Positions 12,851 through 26,492 of a DNA stretch of 64,000 nucleotides are shown piece after piece; within the stretch, counting starts at the first letter, position 1, and the number at the start of each line of letters is the position of its first letter. The stretch lies in assembly GCA_964016885.1 (NCBI GenBank), contig OZ024741.1, positions 118,110,001 through 118,174,000 on the forward strand. Direction: 5' to 3'. The position numbers and the translations under genes are program-made. This DNA comes from Eledone cirrhosa. Taxonomy: Eukaryota. The notes beneath the pieces are model-generated. The model worked only from the letters and a program-made list of their open reading frames with translations, made no database searches and was not told where the DNA came from.

Positions 12851-14677
12851 ATATTCTGCTTTATGTTAAAGATTTTACCGTTTCGATAGTAAAAATTAGA
12901 TTTTTTGCTATCGAAACGGTAAGGCTTATCCGTAGAACGTATATTTTTATAATACCTACACTCTACTCTAAGTATAGAGTGCTGCTAAGTTAAATAATGG
13001 TCTTACTGATCTTAACTAGTAACATCTCGTCCATTTTATTTACTATATATTGCTAATAGGTCAATTCTAAGTCAATTTAGACTTGTGGTATTCAATAAGA
13101 TTCTTAACTTTTAAGAAATAAAATGTTAATGTAGTAAGTAGGCTAAATTACTTTCTAAAATACGTTCCCAGTTCAAATTCCACCGAGATTAGCTTTGTCT
13201 TTTATCCCTGCGGAGTCAATAAGATAAAGTACCAGTTACACATTAGGATCGATTTTAATCGACTTTCCCCTTACCCGAAATTGTTGACCTTGTGCCTTCA
13301 TCAGAAACCATTATTTTGCTTTAAATAACAGCCTTTAGTCCTTAAAAGTAGTATAATCTGCTACTTGTCACCCTATCTAGCAACACTGGAGCAGTAAATA
13401 ACAAATAATAGCTTCAAGGAGGTGAAATGTTTTTCCTATGGTTTTTTTAATGTTTTGAAAAAATCTGATCTTCAAAAAAGGACCGCGGGGGAGGGTGGGC
13501 GAAAGAACTCCAATATTTATGTAGTAACGGGGTGAAATCCTTAAATTCAGCACCCTTAAAACAGAAATATAATGCCAGGGTTTACTCCTTAAATTCGGTA
13601 ACCTTAGGACAAGGCAATTGCATGATAACGAGAAACTGATATCTAAAAAGAGCTCTCTACAGACATAGTCTTACCATTTCATTCCACACACATATCAAAA
13701 CTAGAACAAAATTTAAATCAGAAAATATTACAATTAACTCCACGAATTAGCAAAGTCATTCGAACGTCGGTTAGAATGTTGTGATATTCGTTTCTTCTCA
13801 TTGCACTCAAATTCCAAATCCACGCAGAGTTCAATTTTGCCTTTCATCTTTTCGAGGGGTTGATTCATTTTCTCCCCAGTCCGTGATATCATTGTTGCAT
13901 GCTTCCACGTGATTAGAACTATTTAGCATGACGACCAGTCGGTATGTGAGACTGACTGTAACAGTCATGGGCAAACTGTGTCCCGTTTGTTTTGTTTAAA
14001 TGGGCAGCAATTAGTCTCATCCATGTGAGTTCAAATGACGCTGAATTAATTCATCCTTCCAATAATATATTTATTAAACGCAACTGTTTGATCTCGCCTC
14101 TCGCGTCTTAGTAAACGGGAAATGTGGTAATCTGATGTTCTAACGCCTCTGTCAAACTGGTTAATTTCGCTCAAATTTGTCCTAGTTCTATGTTGACATA
14201 ATATCGATAAAATAAGTACCAGCTAAATAGTGTGGTTAATGCAATTATTATCTCGGTAAATTTTCATTAACACTTTTTTTCTTTATATACAGAATTAATA
14301 ATTTATCAATAATAAAAATTTAAAAAAAAATCATAAATCTATTTCAAATAACACTACAGATATTTTAAAACGGCAAATGAAGGGAAGGGCAAGGACTCTG
14401 GGGTCACAGAAGAATAGGAGGGGGGGATCTAGGGCGTGGAGGTGTTAGGGCTGCGCCTCGCGGAAAAGACCGCAAAAGTATTTTGTCTCCCAACGAAACA
14501 AATTATCATCTCTAAAACGGCTCATTTGCAATTCGTATAGAGGGGGAAAGGTTTTAGAATATCAAGACCTACTTAAATAGCATAAAATAATAGTCGGGAA
14601 TAAGACGGCGGTAAAAGTTTTTTTTTTTATTATTTTAAGGGTTACTAGTTGATAGGCTAAAACTTTTAAAGTGAAAT

Positions 14678-14735
<58 letters not shown>

Positions 14736-17700
14736 GAATATAGCCTTCAAAACTGTAAATTATTCGTTTTCTGTGGTTCTCCCCACCCGAGAATTCTGTT
14801 TCTACCAAGGTCGTCACAGACTAGAGGCAGGGATGACCAAAAAACGAATAATTATCGGTTGCTTTGAAACACATCAAAAACGATAGGAAAAAATAAATTC
14901 CACAGCCAAAGAGAGACGAATGTAATAATGATTTCTACTATAGACATGCTAGCAATTTTCGGGGAGGGAACAGTCGATTAGATCGATCCCAGTGCATTAC
15001 TGGTGCTTTATTTTATCGATCCCGTAAGGATGAAAGGCAAAACTAACCTCAGCGGGATTTTAACTCAGATTGTCTATGCTGTAAAGCATGGTGTCCGACG
15101 CTCTACCGACACTACCAATCCACCACCCTAGACGAATATAATACAAAATTGCCATTCCTCCTGTTTAGAAATACATGACTAGGACTTTTGCAGAGCAAAA
15201 CAGAACTGCTTTCTGGGCTCTGGACCGGTGTACCAACTTATAGGCTCTATAAATGTACAAATTCAAATTATAAATCAATATTATTGATAACATGAGATTT
15301 CAATTGGTCAACACCGACATGATATACATGAAAAAAAAAAAGTTACAAGCAGTTCACTAAAGAAAACCCTCCAAAACACTAATCATATTGAAAAATACTG
15401 GAATCACAATCTACTCATTAGTCAGAAATGTCTTCTTTTTTTTTTTTTTAATTACAACAATAGAAACTTAAAAACTATTTTTTGAAAGTCATAGTAATAT
15501 ACACGAATGGCAAAGCGTAAATGAACTGAGAGAAATTACGTATAAGAGGGATTAGATGCAGTATACTAAAGAGGAGATTGTGTTGGTATGGTCATGTGAT
15601 GCGTATCAAGGACGACAGCTGTATACAAATTGATGGAAGCTATGGAGTAGGACCCGAGACGAGGTGATAAAAGCTGACCTTGCGCAATTGTACCTCTAAG
15701 ACAATGACACAGGAACAAGATCTTTGGCGTTATGCAGTAATACAGAAGACCCGCCTTCACATGCGCACGGACTCAAACCTACATCATTCAACCACTATAC
15801 CCCTTCCATACACACCCACCCCTACTTCTGTCCACACCACCGTTACACTGTAAAGTTATGTTGGTATCACAAAAAACATCCAGCTCATACTGTAAAGTGG
15901 TCGTGTAGGTGTCACGACAAAAAACACCCAGCTCACACTGTAAAGTCGTCGCGTAGGTGTCGCGACAAAAACCACACTGTAAATGTGGTTGGCGTTAGGA
16001 AAGGCATCGAGCCGTAGATATCAAGCCAGAAACAGTTCTATATGAGTAAGACACAGTCACCTGACCCAACTTGCCTCTAATGGGACAACCTGTCTAACCC
16101 CCGTGGAAAATGGACGTTAACCGATGATGATGATGATGATTGGAATGTATCTGTGGTAAGAATTTTGACCAAAAAGTCAAAAGGCTGGAAAATTTTGTGT
16201 TAGTTAAATAAAGTTCTATTTAATATTCCAGCTTCCATCGAACTTTCGGGAGAAATGGTCTTACAGAGAAGATCATTGTGGGAACCTCTGCTTTCGTAGC
16301 CAACGCTATTTTGTTCGGATTCAGAAGCAGTCTTGCCATTTATCTCATTGAATTCAAAAGCGCTTTTCCCTGCCAAGATCAATTGGTATCGTTAGCAATC
16401 TTCCTGCCTACAGGTATATATGGTATCATAGGTAAGTGACAATTTTACCATTGACCTTTCTTTTATTAATCTACATCCTTTTTCAAAACTGGTGTAACAG
16501 TAAAAAAAAAAAAAAAAAAAAGTAATAATTCTAAGAGCAATTATTTGATAGCTTAAGTTAGATGTCAAAGGTGAAGTGTGTGTATGTGTTGAACAAATTA
16601 TTTTGTTCTCTTTTTTTTTATTCCTTCATCAGGGAATTCCTTCATCAGCGAACACGTCTCGTATACGAGTGTAATAATAAAATATGACTGATTCTTTTTT
16701 TCTTCTCTTTTTAACTTTTATTCGTTATTCTTGCGATGAAAACAAAATATTAATTATCTAAAGCAGTGTTCTCATACATGAATTCATATGAACGTATAAA
16801 GTTCGCTAATACGTTTTGGGGTTCGCTAAAAATGTCTAAGGTTCTATCAGTAAAGTTTCAATGTTCATTAAATTTTAAAGAAATGACAGTATCGGTAGAG
16901 AGTCGGACTCCATCCTACGCAGTATATAGTTACGACCCTTTATGTCTGATTTCAAATCCCGCCGAGGTTACTTTAGCCTTTCATCCTTACGGGGTCGATA
17001 AAATAAAGTACCAGTAATGCACTAGATCGATTTAATCGACTTTCCCTCCCAATAAAATTGGTCTTGTGCCTAAATCGGAAAAAATGATTTAAAGGAATGG
17101 TATAGTTTGGTATAATAAAGGAAAATATAGCGACGCCTTATTGACATTATAAAAGTTGAACCCATTTCTGCAAAGGTGGACACGGCCGATTCCTTCTTCT
17201 GAAGGAGAGGAAGTGAGAAATATATAGAGAGGAAGAATCAACCCAAATATTGGGCTAGTACTTTATTTATCGACCTCGAAAGGATGACAACCCTAATCTG
17301 CCTCCTGTCTGTAAAGCAACACTACATATAAAAGTGTTTTATTTGCAGATTCCCAAGCTACAAATATGTATTGAAAGGGTCTTAATCAGTGCTAGATTTA
17401 CCTATAAGCTACAACTTGGGTCCACACACCCTCGGGGACCTCATTTTAAAAAAATGTTTTTTTAAATGTTATTAGTTTTTATTCTTTAACACTAAATCAT
17501 AAAAAATTATGTGTAATTATTCAAAAAAAATTTACCCGAATTTTTTTAGGGAAGAGCCTCGAATTTCATATAGCTTAGGGCATCAGCAGAAATCCGGCTT
17601 TGGTTCTAACATCTCATTTTAATCAACAGGTGTTTTCACTGGATCTTTCAATACTAAATATGGAATTAGATGTTCAGCTTTAGTTGGAGGTATTTTGATG

Positions 17701-17912
17701 AGCCTGGGTATCGGAATTTCAGCGTATGTCTCATCTGTCGCAGCTATTATATTTTATCTTGGAATTATTGCGGGTAAGTAAATATTTCACACACCTGCCG
17801 TCAATAATCTGTCTCTCTGTCTGTCATGTCTTTGTCAGTCCTGTCACGGTCTGTCAGTATATCTGACTCTCATGTCTCTGTAAATCTATCTGTCTCTACC
17901 TCTCTCTGTCTC

Positions 17913-17952
<40 letters not shown>

Positions 17953-19828
17953 CTTTCTCTCTAGCTAGATGCGAACCTAATTTTTTATTTTTATTTTATA
18001 TATGTATAGGTTCTGGAACTTCATTCATATTCATCGCTGTTAATTGTGGTATTGCTACTTATTTTGATGAAAACAGTAAACAGTTGATGTCTTTCATTTC
18101 CATTGGAGGTGCAGTGGGTGCGATACTTTTCCCTGTTTTTGTTTCCAAACTCATAGATGTATATTCTTGGCGAGGTAGCCTTCTTCTTCTCTGTGCATTT
18201 ACCGTACATTTAATACCATGCGGTTTGTTGTATTCTGTAAAGAAAATACGCCCAAAACGAAAGCCCTCCGCGAGTAGTGAAGGGAGAATTAATTCTAATG
18301 GCAGATCCTACCAAAGTACAAACAAGACATCGCAAGAACATTTTACAAGTACAACGAAAATGAAATCGTATTTAGATCAAATATCAAATGATTCGAATAC
18401 GGCTGGCTGCCTGTCACCGAAAATGAATGGAAAACAAAATTACTCAAAATCTCATATGACGTCAGTACAAGATGATATCAACGTTGGACGTGAAAATGAC
18501 GGCCATTTACAAGAAGTCAACGGGCGCCTTTCAAACAACGATCCAGACCATGAAGTAGAAATGAGTCAAACACGTATACTATTTACTATGCTATCTGATA
18601 ATACCTATCTCCTACTTCTGCTTTCCATAACCGGAGCGGTGAGCTTTATTATGTCGTTTGCAACAATTTTGCCTGACTACTTTCTAAATCGCGGATTGGA
18701 TATAGAAGAAAGCACGCGGATCTTTGTAATCGCGTCCATTGGGAACATTCCAGCGCGTTTTCTTTCCAGTTGGTTACTTTACAAAAACATATTATCAGCT
18801 ATAACGATTTTCAACTTATCAGGATTAATAGGCGCTGCACTACTTTTATTGTATCCCTATTTAACGTCAACATCAATGCTTATTTTACTGTCCTTCATGA
18901 TTTTCGTGACATCAGGATTGGGGCTGGCCGTCTTCAGCGTGACACTCTTGGAAATATTTGATCATAGAATATATTCTTGCTCGCTTGGACTTGCTATGAC
19001 TTTGTCTGGTTTGGGTCTTCCTGTCAGTGGATATGTAATTAGTAAGTATATTTTCTGTATTTCTTTAGTTAGCACGTGCCTTAGTCGTTACAACAGTGGC
19101 ACATTGAGCCTGAATAGGCTCCTGGTTGAAAACTTTATTGGGGCTCTTGTATATTATGTATGGCAACGAACAAAAATTAATTAGAGCAATCTTTAAATAT
19201 TGATTTCTAATATAAGCACAAGGCCAGTAATTTGGGGGGAGGGGAAGTCGATTAAATCGACCCCGTAAGAATGAAAGGCAAAGTTAACCTCGGCGGGATT
19301 TTAAGGACTCTGGCTACAGTACGATCAGATCCCTTCCATTAATCTTCCACTGCAATAGGGTGTTGAGTTCACGATCATAAATTCGTGGGCTCGATTCCTA
19401 CACTCATAATCGCGCGTTTACACAAACTCGAGCGCTTATACTTACACATGCACACACGGAAGCGCTTACAGTTTCAAATTAGAAGTAAAGACATGTTGAA
19501 CTCCACTAAAATTCACGGTACCTTTTAGTGCATTATTTTGTCAATCTCTAATGGCTTCTGGTTACAGTTACATAAATGTCTCCGTGCGTGTATGTGTGGA
19601 TATATTTTGTCATTTTCTTTCTTTTTTTCTGTCCTATTTTTATATTTTTTCCAATGATATATTGTATATATTTTTCTTTCTTTATTTCTTACAGGTGCAC
19701 TCAAAAATCGATATGAAAGCTACCATCCTTGCTACTATTTTCTATCACTACTTTGTTACGTTACCATTTTACCTTCCCTTATCCACTACATGGTGACTTA
19801 TTGGAAAAGAAATAGAGTTACTATTTGA
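12119..19828 (+). CDS. MFS transporter, SLC16/monocarboxylate-transporter family; join(12119-12276,16232-16431,17630-17773,18010-19041,19695-19828) = 1668 nt, 555 aa
   Basis: All four introns are GT-AG with matching phases (2,1,1,1). Motifs include NTKYGIRCSALVGGILMSLG, IIFYLGIIAGSG and LIDVYSWRGSLLLL. Two hydrophobic halves are separated by a long polar loop. Confidence 0.92.
14935..15130 (-). mobile_element. tRNA-derived SINE (intron 1)
   Basis: Reverse complement of the family consensus seen at 30878-31072. Confidence 0.85.
15505..16140 (+). mobile_element. 5'-truncated RTE LINE 3' end (same family as 61762-64000)
   Basis: IRGIRCSILKRRLCWYGHVMR, shared 3' UTR repeats and a (GAT)n tail. 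Confidence 0.85.
16232..16431 (+). CDS. SLC16-family gene, coding exon 2
   Basis: Acceptor attccag|; FHRTFGRNGLTEKIIVGTSAFVANAILFGFRSSLAIYLIEF...GIYGII; donor G|gtaagt. Confidence 0.9.
16885..17085 (+). mobile_element. tRNA-derived SINE (intron 2)
   Basis: Family core gcctttcatccttacggggtcgataaaataaagtaccagt. Confidence 0.85.
17630..17773 (+). CDS. SLC16-family gene, coding exon 3
   Basis: Acceptor caacag|; VFTGSFNTKYGIRCSALVGG...LGIIA; donor G|gtaagt. Confidence 0.93.
18010..19041 (+). CDS. SLC16-family gene, coding exon 4
   Basis: Acceptor gtatag|; core of the 452-aa ORF; donor A|gtaagt. Confidence 0.95.
19695..19828 (+). CDS. SLC16-family gene, last coding exon
   Basis: Acceptor ttcttacag|; ALKNRYESYHPCYYFLSLLCYVTILPSLIHYMVTYWKRNRVTI* (last TM helix). 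Confidence 0.88.
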
Positions 19829-20079
19829 TCTATTCATGAACATGTATAGGTGGTCCCCTACTTACGAACAGTCTCCAACTTACGAGAGAGATAGGTTCCT
19901 AGGCTCAGTTCGTTAAGTCCAAATGCTCGTCAGTCGATCATTTACTTTTGTCAAAACAGATTACAATATAAAGCATTTGTAAAACAGGTTTATACAATAT
20001 TTCTATACCTCAATGATACTGGACAGTATATTTTACCTAACTTAAACAGTATTTTAATGAAGAAAACTGTAGTAGTAGT

Positions 20080-22720
20080 AGTAATAATTTATTTATTTAT
20101 TGGCCACAAGAGCCGACATTTAGGGGACACTACAAAAAATAGGGACAGTGGGGGTTACAAAAAGTAGTAAAAAGACAAATAATAAAATTATAGCAATGAA
20201 ATTCCCCAAGCCAGCTGCCTTAAAGACAGCCTCTAGGTATCGACGATCGACCCTATCGAAAGATTTCGATTGATCTAAATTGGTCAGAGCCCCATCAAAG
20301 CTAGGTTTACACTCTATGATGTATCGCATGAAGTGGAGGTTGTCGTGTATGGACCTGGTTGGGATTGCGCAAGTTTGCGCCTCCCCTATCAAATCTTCGA
20401 GGTCAAACGCCAACGTCTTCGCCAACACTTTGGCCAAAATCTTAAACTATGTTTAGCAGAGTTATGGACCTGAAATTATCTACAGTATCCCTATTGGTCT
20501 TGTCGTTCCTCATCAACGTTACTACATCCCGGCTCACAGAACTAGGAATACTCCTGTTCTGCTGTCAGATGTAGTAGACCGCTTAGAGGAGACGGGAGAC
20601 CAAGTCTAACATTTCTATGTAAAACTCGTTGGGCAGACCATCCAAACCAGGTGACTTGCGCCTAGGGCACCCGAAACTCGACTGAAGTTATCGGCCTTTC
20701 GCAGCGCTCAGCATCGGCCGGCGAAAGATGTGGTAAAGCGTTGAGGCAGGGACCGAAGTCCGCCACTGTCTCCGACCCATCTCTTCCCCCGAAGAGCCGA
20801 GCAAAGTCCTGGCGAAAGGTCTCACACATCTACCTGGGATCGTGCAATTCGCGTCCGTCTCGGTCCGTCAAAGATTTTGTTACCACGTTGCGCCTCTGCC
20901 ACGCAGGGCCATCGAACAGCTTGGTTCCTTCATTTCTTAGAGCATCCTCCTTAGCTCTGACAATACAACCTTCGTGTTTCGCATTGAAGAAATGGTCTAA
21001 TGCCATTCCCGCCGCTAGCACGTCAGTTGCAATGCCACTACAAATAGCCTCATCTAATTTAGCTACCAGCACCCCCTCCTTTCTATTTTTCTCTAACGCT
21101 ACTTCTTTGCTAAAACCTATCGGAATTACTCTCTTTTGAGAGCCCCCTTCCCCACCTGTTGTTGATGAAACCCATTTCCCCTTGTCGATGTTTCCTTACC
21201 TAAATTGTTGACCCGGTCTCTGTAAGCCTTACGTGCCGGAAACGACTTGCTCAGTTTCCAGTAACCAAGTCCTAACCTGCGTGTCTGATCTAGGTCGACC
21301 ATTCAGATCACAAACTTGTGATCTGAATAGGCAACCGTTTAAAAAAGCGGACAGCATAAACTATTTCTACCTATTGTCCTAATGAAGAACTTCAGGTCGT
21401 TAGATATGGATGTGATTGCCGTCAGCGAGACCAGGTTTCTGCCACGCGGGCACTAGCCCTCATTTACTTACCTCCGGGGAGCTTGTGGAGGTCGGGTAGT
21501 TCGATTTTCATGGTTGGTGGGGTTTCTATTGGGAACCCCTTTAAAGGCCTACTAGAGGCTTTCACATTATGAGTCCCCACGTCGTTGGGTAAGCTCTCCC
21601 TAATGTTTTTGTACGTTTTTATTGGAATCAGCACCATGAGCAGTGTTTTGGGCACTTTGAAGGTGCAGGTTCCAAAAGTTACTCCCGCTTTTTCAATGGT
21701 TGTTGGTGTCTGCATGTTTTCTTTTTTTTATGGGCATGATTTATGGTTGTGTTCGTGTTGGTGTTGTTGTGGGTGGATGTGTTTTGTGTACTTGTTGGTG
21801 TGTGTGTGGAGCTGAATTTTGCTTTTTGCGGTTCCTCCTAATCTTCACTTGGGGATGTGATGGAACTGGTGTCTAGGGACTCCGTGTCAGGGTGAGTGGG
21901 AGTGTTTTTACGGGTGTGTGAATGTTGCTGAAAGAGGGAGAGCTTGTTTGGGTGAATCCCTGTGTCGTTTTAATGGTCTCTGCTGTTATTGTTGCTACTG
22001 CTGTTGCTGCTGGTGTTCTTTTTTGTCCCGGCACCAGTGTTCGCAGCGTGGATGTTTTCGGCCCCTTACATTTTTGAGCTGAGGGCAGAAGGGTCGCAAG
22101 TGAGTTCTTTCACCGCAGACGAAACAATGCCCTCGGCAATTATGTTTTGGAGGCGAATGTGGTCCGGGATTTATCTCACATCTTCCAACCTGATCTGGAA
22201 AAGCATCTGACTGTCGATCGGGATGGTATCCGTCCCCTCCACAATCACGCATCCCAGGAGACACCACATCTCTAGTCCTGGGGGAATCATGGGAATGCGG
22301 ACTTTCACTGATCTTTTTGCCATGTGGGAAGGGTACATAATGACCTTACTGGTTCTGCAAGGGGTAATCGTGAGTCTAATAGCAAGGGCTTCTGACTTAA
22401 ACAGCTTCGAAATGGTGCCGTATTGTCTACCCCTCGCTATGTATTCGGTGGCATCTCTGGTGCGTCTGAGCACAGCTTCAATTCTGGCTTGGGGGATTAT
22501 TGCCGTTTTTTTCGTTTGCGCTGAAATGCACTGTTCTTTCCTCAACCGCTTCTATGGCTTCCGCCGGGCCAGTTAAGTTGGCCCAAGTTTGCTCTTGTTA
22601 TATGAGCTTCCAGGCCTGGGACAACTTCTTATCTTTATCGGTGAGGTTCATACTGAAGCAAGGCTTCTTTTTGGCTGCTGCCGCAACGAAAGTGTTCTTG
22701 GTGGTGGTGTTGTCGCTGTT
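20080..22720 (-). mobile_element. Decayed, internally deleted L1/Tx1-type LINE: ORF1 zinc knuckle, EN/RT remnants and 3' tail
   Basis: CFVCGERTHLRPFC (CCHC), SDHKFV, GYWKL, KSPGLDGLP, KILAKVLA, RSIHDNL and LDQSKSFDRVD. AATAAA-rich 3' end near 20090. Confidence 0.8.
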
Positions 22721-22739
22721 GCAAGTGGTATTATTATTG

Positions 22740-22920
22740 GTGGCAGTATCAGTAGAGGCTCGGACGCCATGCGTTCCAGCATAGTTATGTCCCTTTACGG
22801 TCTGAGTTCAAATCCCGTCGAGGTTGACTTTGCCTTTCATCCTTATGGGGTCGATAAAATAAAGTACCAATAATGAACTGGGTAATTGCTGGTCTTGTGC
22901 CAAAAGTAGGAACAATTATT
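22740..22920 (+). mobile_element. tRNA-derived SINE
   Basis: Matches the family consensus. Confidence 0.85.
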
Positions 22921-23134
22921 ATTGTTGCAGTTGGTGGTGTTGTTTTTCCCTTCGTTGTTGTTCTTGGGGTTGTTGTCGTTGTTCTCTTTACTTGTTTTGC
23001 TGTCGTTGTTCATGTTGTTAGTGGTGGTGTTGCTAATTTCATTTTTTTTTTTTTTTGCATGCTGTGTTTGTAGATGTAATTGTTGTTTGTTCATATTTGT
23101 GTTTTTGTCCCTCCTCTCAACTTTCAAGTTGCAT

Positions 23135-24230
23135 CACTGACCAGGCATAAAATTATTAATATGGTCCCCCTGTTCGGGTCTTTTGGGGGCACTGTCACCC
23201 CTCCTCGGCTCACGGAACCAGGATTTTTTCCATTCCGCTGTTAGGGGTCGCAGAACAAGTCTGGCATGTAAGCATAAAGCTCGTAGGGGTAGACAGTCAA
23301 AACCAGGTGATTTGTCCTTCGTGTAGCTGGTCATTGCCTTTCGGCTGTTATTAGCTTTTTGGAACACTCTGCCTCGACCGCCGAGAGCCGTGGAATGCCA
23401 CCGCGGTAGGCATTGAATTTAATTCCACGATCCGACCAGTTGATCGAAGCTGAGAAGCCGCACACATCTATTTGGGTTCGAGCAACATGCACCCGTCGTG
23501 CTCCGCCACAGACGGGATGTGGTTTTGTTGTCACACAGCACCTCAGTCGCTCAGGCCCAGCAAACGGCTCTTGTCCCCTTGTATCTAAGAGCACGTGCCA
23601 TACATCTGACGACGGTTTGTCCCTCCTCACCTTCGTCACAGTCTTTTTCCAACTGTGTGATGTCGCGGAGGGTCATGTCTTCCAAGGGCATTGTTGTTGT
23701 TGTTAGTTGTGATGCCTGAGTTTCTTGTGGCGTATTTTAATCTAGTGGTCTTGCTTTTGTTGACGCTGGTGCTTATTGTGGCCGCTGGTGGTTTTGTCCT
23801 TTTCCGTGAAATTTGATATTGGAAGAGCAGGCTATCTTATTTATTTGTGGTCGATTGTGGGCAGAAAGCCTTCAGGTGGGTTTTTGCGCTACACGTGTAA
23901 CATTTTGGTTGTCTGCCTCCACGGTCTCGGGAAGGTAGGTGCCATCCACAGTCTGATACCAGGGATGGCCTCAATGTTTTCCTGGTCCGTTTGGATGAGT
24001 AGTTCCATCCCCGATCCAGACCAGTTTTCTTGACGTCTAATATAAGGATATTTTCCTCAACGTCCATGAGGATAGCTGCATAGGTCACCCTACCTTTCAT
24101 CAATAGTTGGTCATAGGACGGCACTAGGGTCAACTCAAAGCCTCTTATGCGTGCTAGTGAGTGTAGTCTGACTTTTGTAGGAGTGGGGGTGAACATGACG
24201 TCCACTATCCCAAATCTTTTGCCTCAAGCG
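23135..24230 (-). mobile_element. Second decayed Tx1-type fragment (ORF1 knuckle plus RT remnant)
   Basis: PKCYTCSAKTHLKAFCP and KDKSPGFDCLP. Confidence 0.65.
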
Positions 24231-25311
24231 ATATGAGTCCCCCCCCCCCCCCCCCCGACGTAATCTGGGCCTTTTTTGTATTTGGGACTCGGTAGCCCGC
24301 TTCATCCGGCGTGACTTCACTACAATTGTATGGTCACCTTACAACGTATCGTGTTCTCCATCACGTAAGGCGGTGGTGTGGTCCCTTTTCTTTTCAAAAT
24401 TTATTTTGGGGACGTAATATGATATAAAATCCCAATAATGCCCAATTATTATGATGTCGTCTTTTTTGAGGATTAAGTCAAGCGTCTTATTTGACGCTTG
24501 AAATTTTCAAGATTTTCTACATTTTCTAAGAAAATATATACGTAACTGACCCCCCCCCCCTCCCGCCCTTAACAGTTGTGCCAAGAATCGATGGAAAACT
24601 GCACACATCTTTTTGGAACCGAGCAGGCCTCTGTCTATGCGTTCTATGTAGGTCGTTCATATAGATGAGAAATTTATAGTGTAAGTATGCGACCGTTTGT
24701 AATTTTGAACAAGCTATGCTATCCGTGTCTGCCACCATAATAAAATAAAAACTATGTAGATACGATCTAGAACACCCTATTCTATTGCTCCCCGTCCAAA
24801 CTGGCGCATTTGGGAAATAGAGGCAGTAATTTAGAACTGTATGATCAGAATTTTGAAACCATCTATTAGTTACTCCCATTCGGTACTTTTGTTCGTCCAA
24901 GATACCGTTTCCAACCCCGCTAACACTAAAGGGCATGGCGTTTCAAGAAAGGTTTCCAGACGCCTGACGAAAACCAGCATTATGTTTTTCCGTTGAATCA
25001 AATTAAGGTTTATAGATATGTAGTGTAGATGCTGGTCGTTCTTCCATACACTAAGAACGGTTTATCGTTTCTTCCGTGATTGAACATCGTTTCTAGTTAA
25101 TTTTTTCTGGAATGTATTGTTACAAAGCTGTTCACCAATTGCACGATAAAACCAGTGAACATTTTTTATATTTGTGGCAACAGTAGAGCCATTATTTAGT
25201 CTCGCCTTTTTCATTTGGCTTCATAATGTCCATGTCTATGTTGGTTTTCATCGTAATAAAGCAACACTTCACGCTGAATACGCTTCTCATACGTATTGAG
25301 GAGATGGAGTA

Positions 25312-25601
25312 CAGTCTGTTCGCTTTTTACGCGAAGAGGCGTTCGTGAACAAGGCGCATAAAGCAAATTCGCGTAATTCAAGTCTAATTTTCCCATTCAA
25401 ATTAATGGAAATGCAACTCGAATACATACTATATTATTATTTCTGATGATTATTAATTCCAATGTTAAATTATATTTCTGATAAATAAAAAAAATGTTAA
25501 ATCACACGCGTTATTCGCAGAAATTGAATATTTAATATTTTTTCAAAACGCGTTAAAGCGAAACCGCGTAATTCAAGTTCGCGTAAAAAGCGAACAGACT
25601 G
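25312..25601. mobile_element. Tc1/mariner-type (pogo/Tigger-like) MITE
   Basis: Perfect 24-bp TIRs CAGTCTGTTCGCTTTTTACGCGAA. TA flank on the left only. Confidence 0.85.
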
Positions 25602-26492
25602 CTTTTGTAAAATCTACAAATAACTACGAATATAGGGTGCGGTGATTTTATTTTTTTTTTTTTTTTAAAGGAAAATGTTGCTGCTATTTCTAGAAATTGT
25701 AGATACAAAAAAAAACATGCTTATGTTGAGTACAATGAGACATTACTGCGCGCGCGCGTGTGTGTGTGTGTGTGTGCGTGTGTGTGTGTGTGTGTGTGGA
25801 TGCAATATTTAGGACATAAATATAATTTATATAATGAATATTTAGAAAATAAGCAAATCATTAAAAAATAAGTCAAAGAAAGAGACCCTCTCCCTCAATT
25901 AGACTACAAAAAAAAAGAAGGTTGAGACAATGGAATAGCCAAACACGCTAGCGAGTATCACATCCGTGTCAGATCGACTTAACCGGAGTATTAGGTGATA
26001 GTCGTGAGGGTACTTAGCGATGCCCAGGAAATAGAATAGCCATCACACGCGGTAATGTCAGGAGTGTTTTGGTTTGCCTCAACATTTTTCTGAATACTTT
26101 TACATTTTGATTTCAAAACACCGCTATAGTGGATTTTGCTTTTTATTTTCAGAAATAGATACCAGTCACATACAGGGAATTTGGTTGAATATACTGCTCC
26201 CTTGTCCCAGTGTTAGATATCGTTCTTAAATGTTCCCGGCTTAAAAAGGTTTAGATGGGAAGTAATTCTAAAAACTTATAAAATGGGAGATAACTCTCAT
26301 TAGTAGCTACATCTGTAAATCATTGATTTATCTTATTTGGTAACAATGCTACAGATTTAGTATCGAGTCAGACTAGATTTTGTTTCCTCATAACTTTCTT
26401 AATTGTGCATATTGTTTAATGAAAGTGTTGCAGCCTTACTTTTTTCCAAGTTGCAGATTTCGAGTGAATGAAAAATGTTCTAATATATAAAT

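Noticed and set aside
17826-18009. N-terminal part of the 452-aa ORF (and its tail 19042-19184)
   Set aside because: Intronic read-through containing microsatellite; splice sites define the exon as 18010-19041.
24526-25310. 136-aa minus ORF and neighbouring sequence as a gene or transposase
   Set aside because: No motif I can recognise; probably a decayed repeat, left unannotated.
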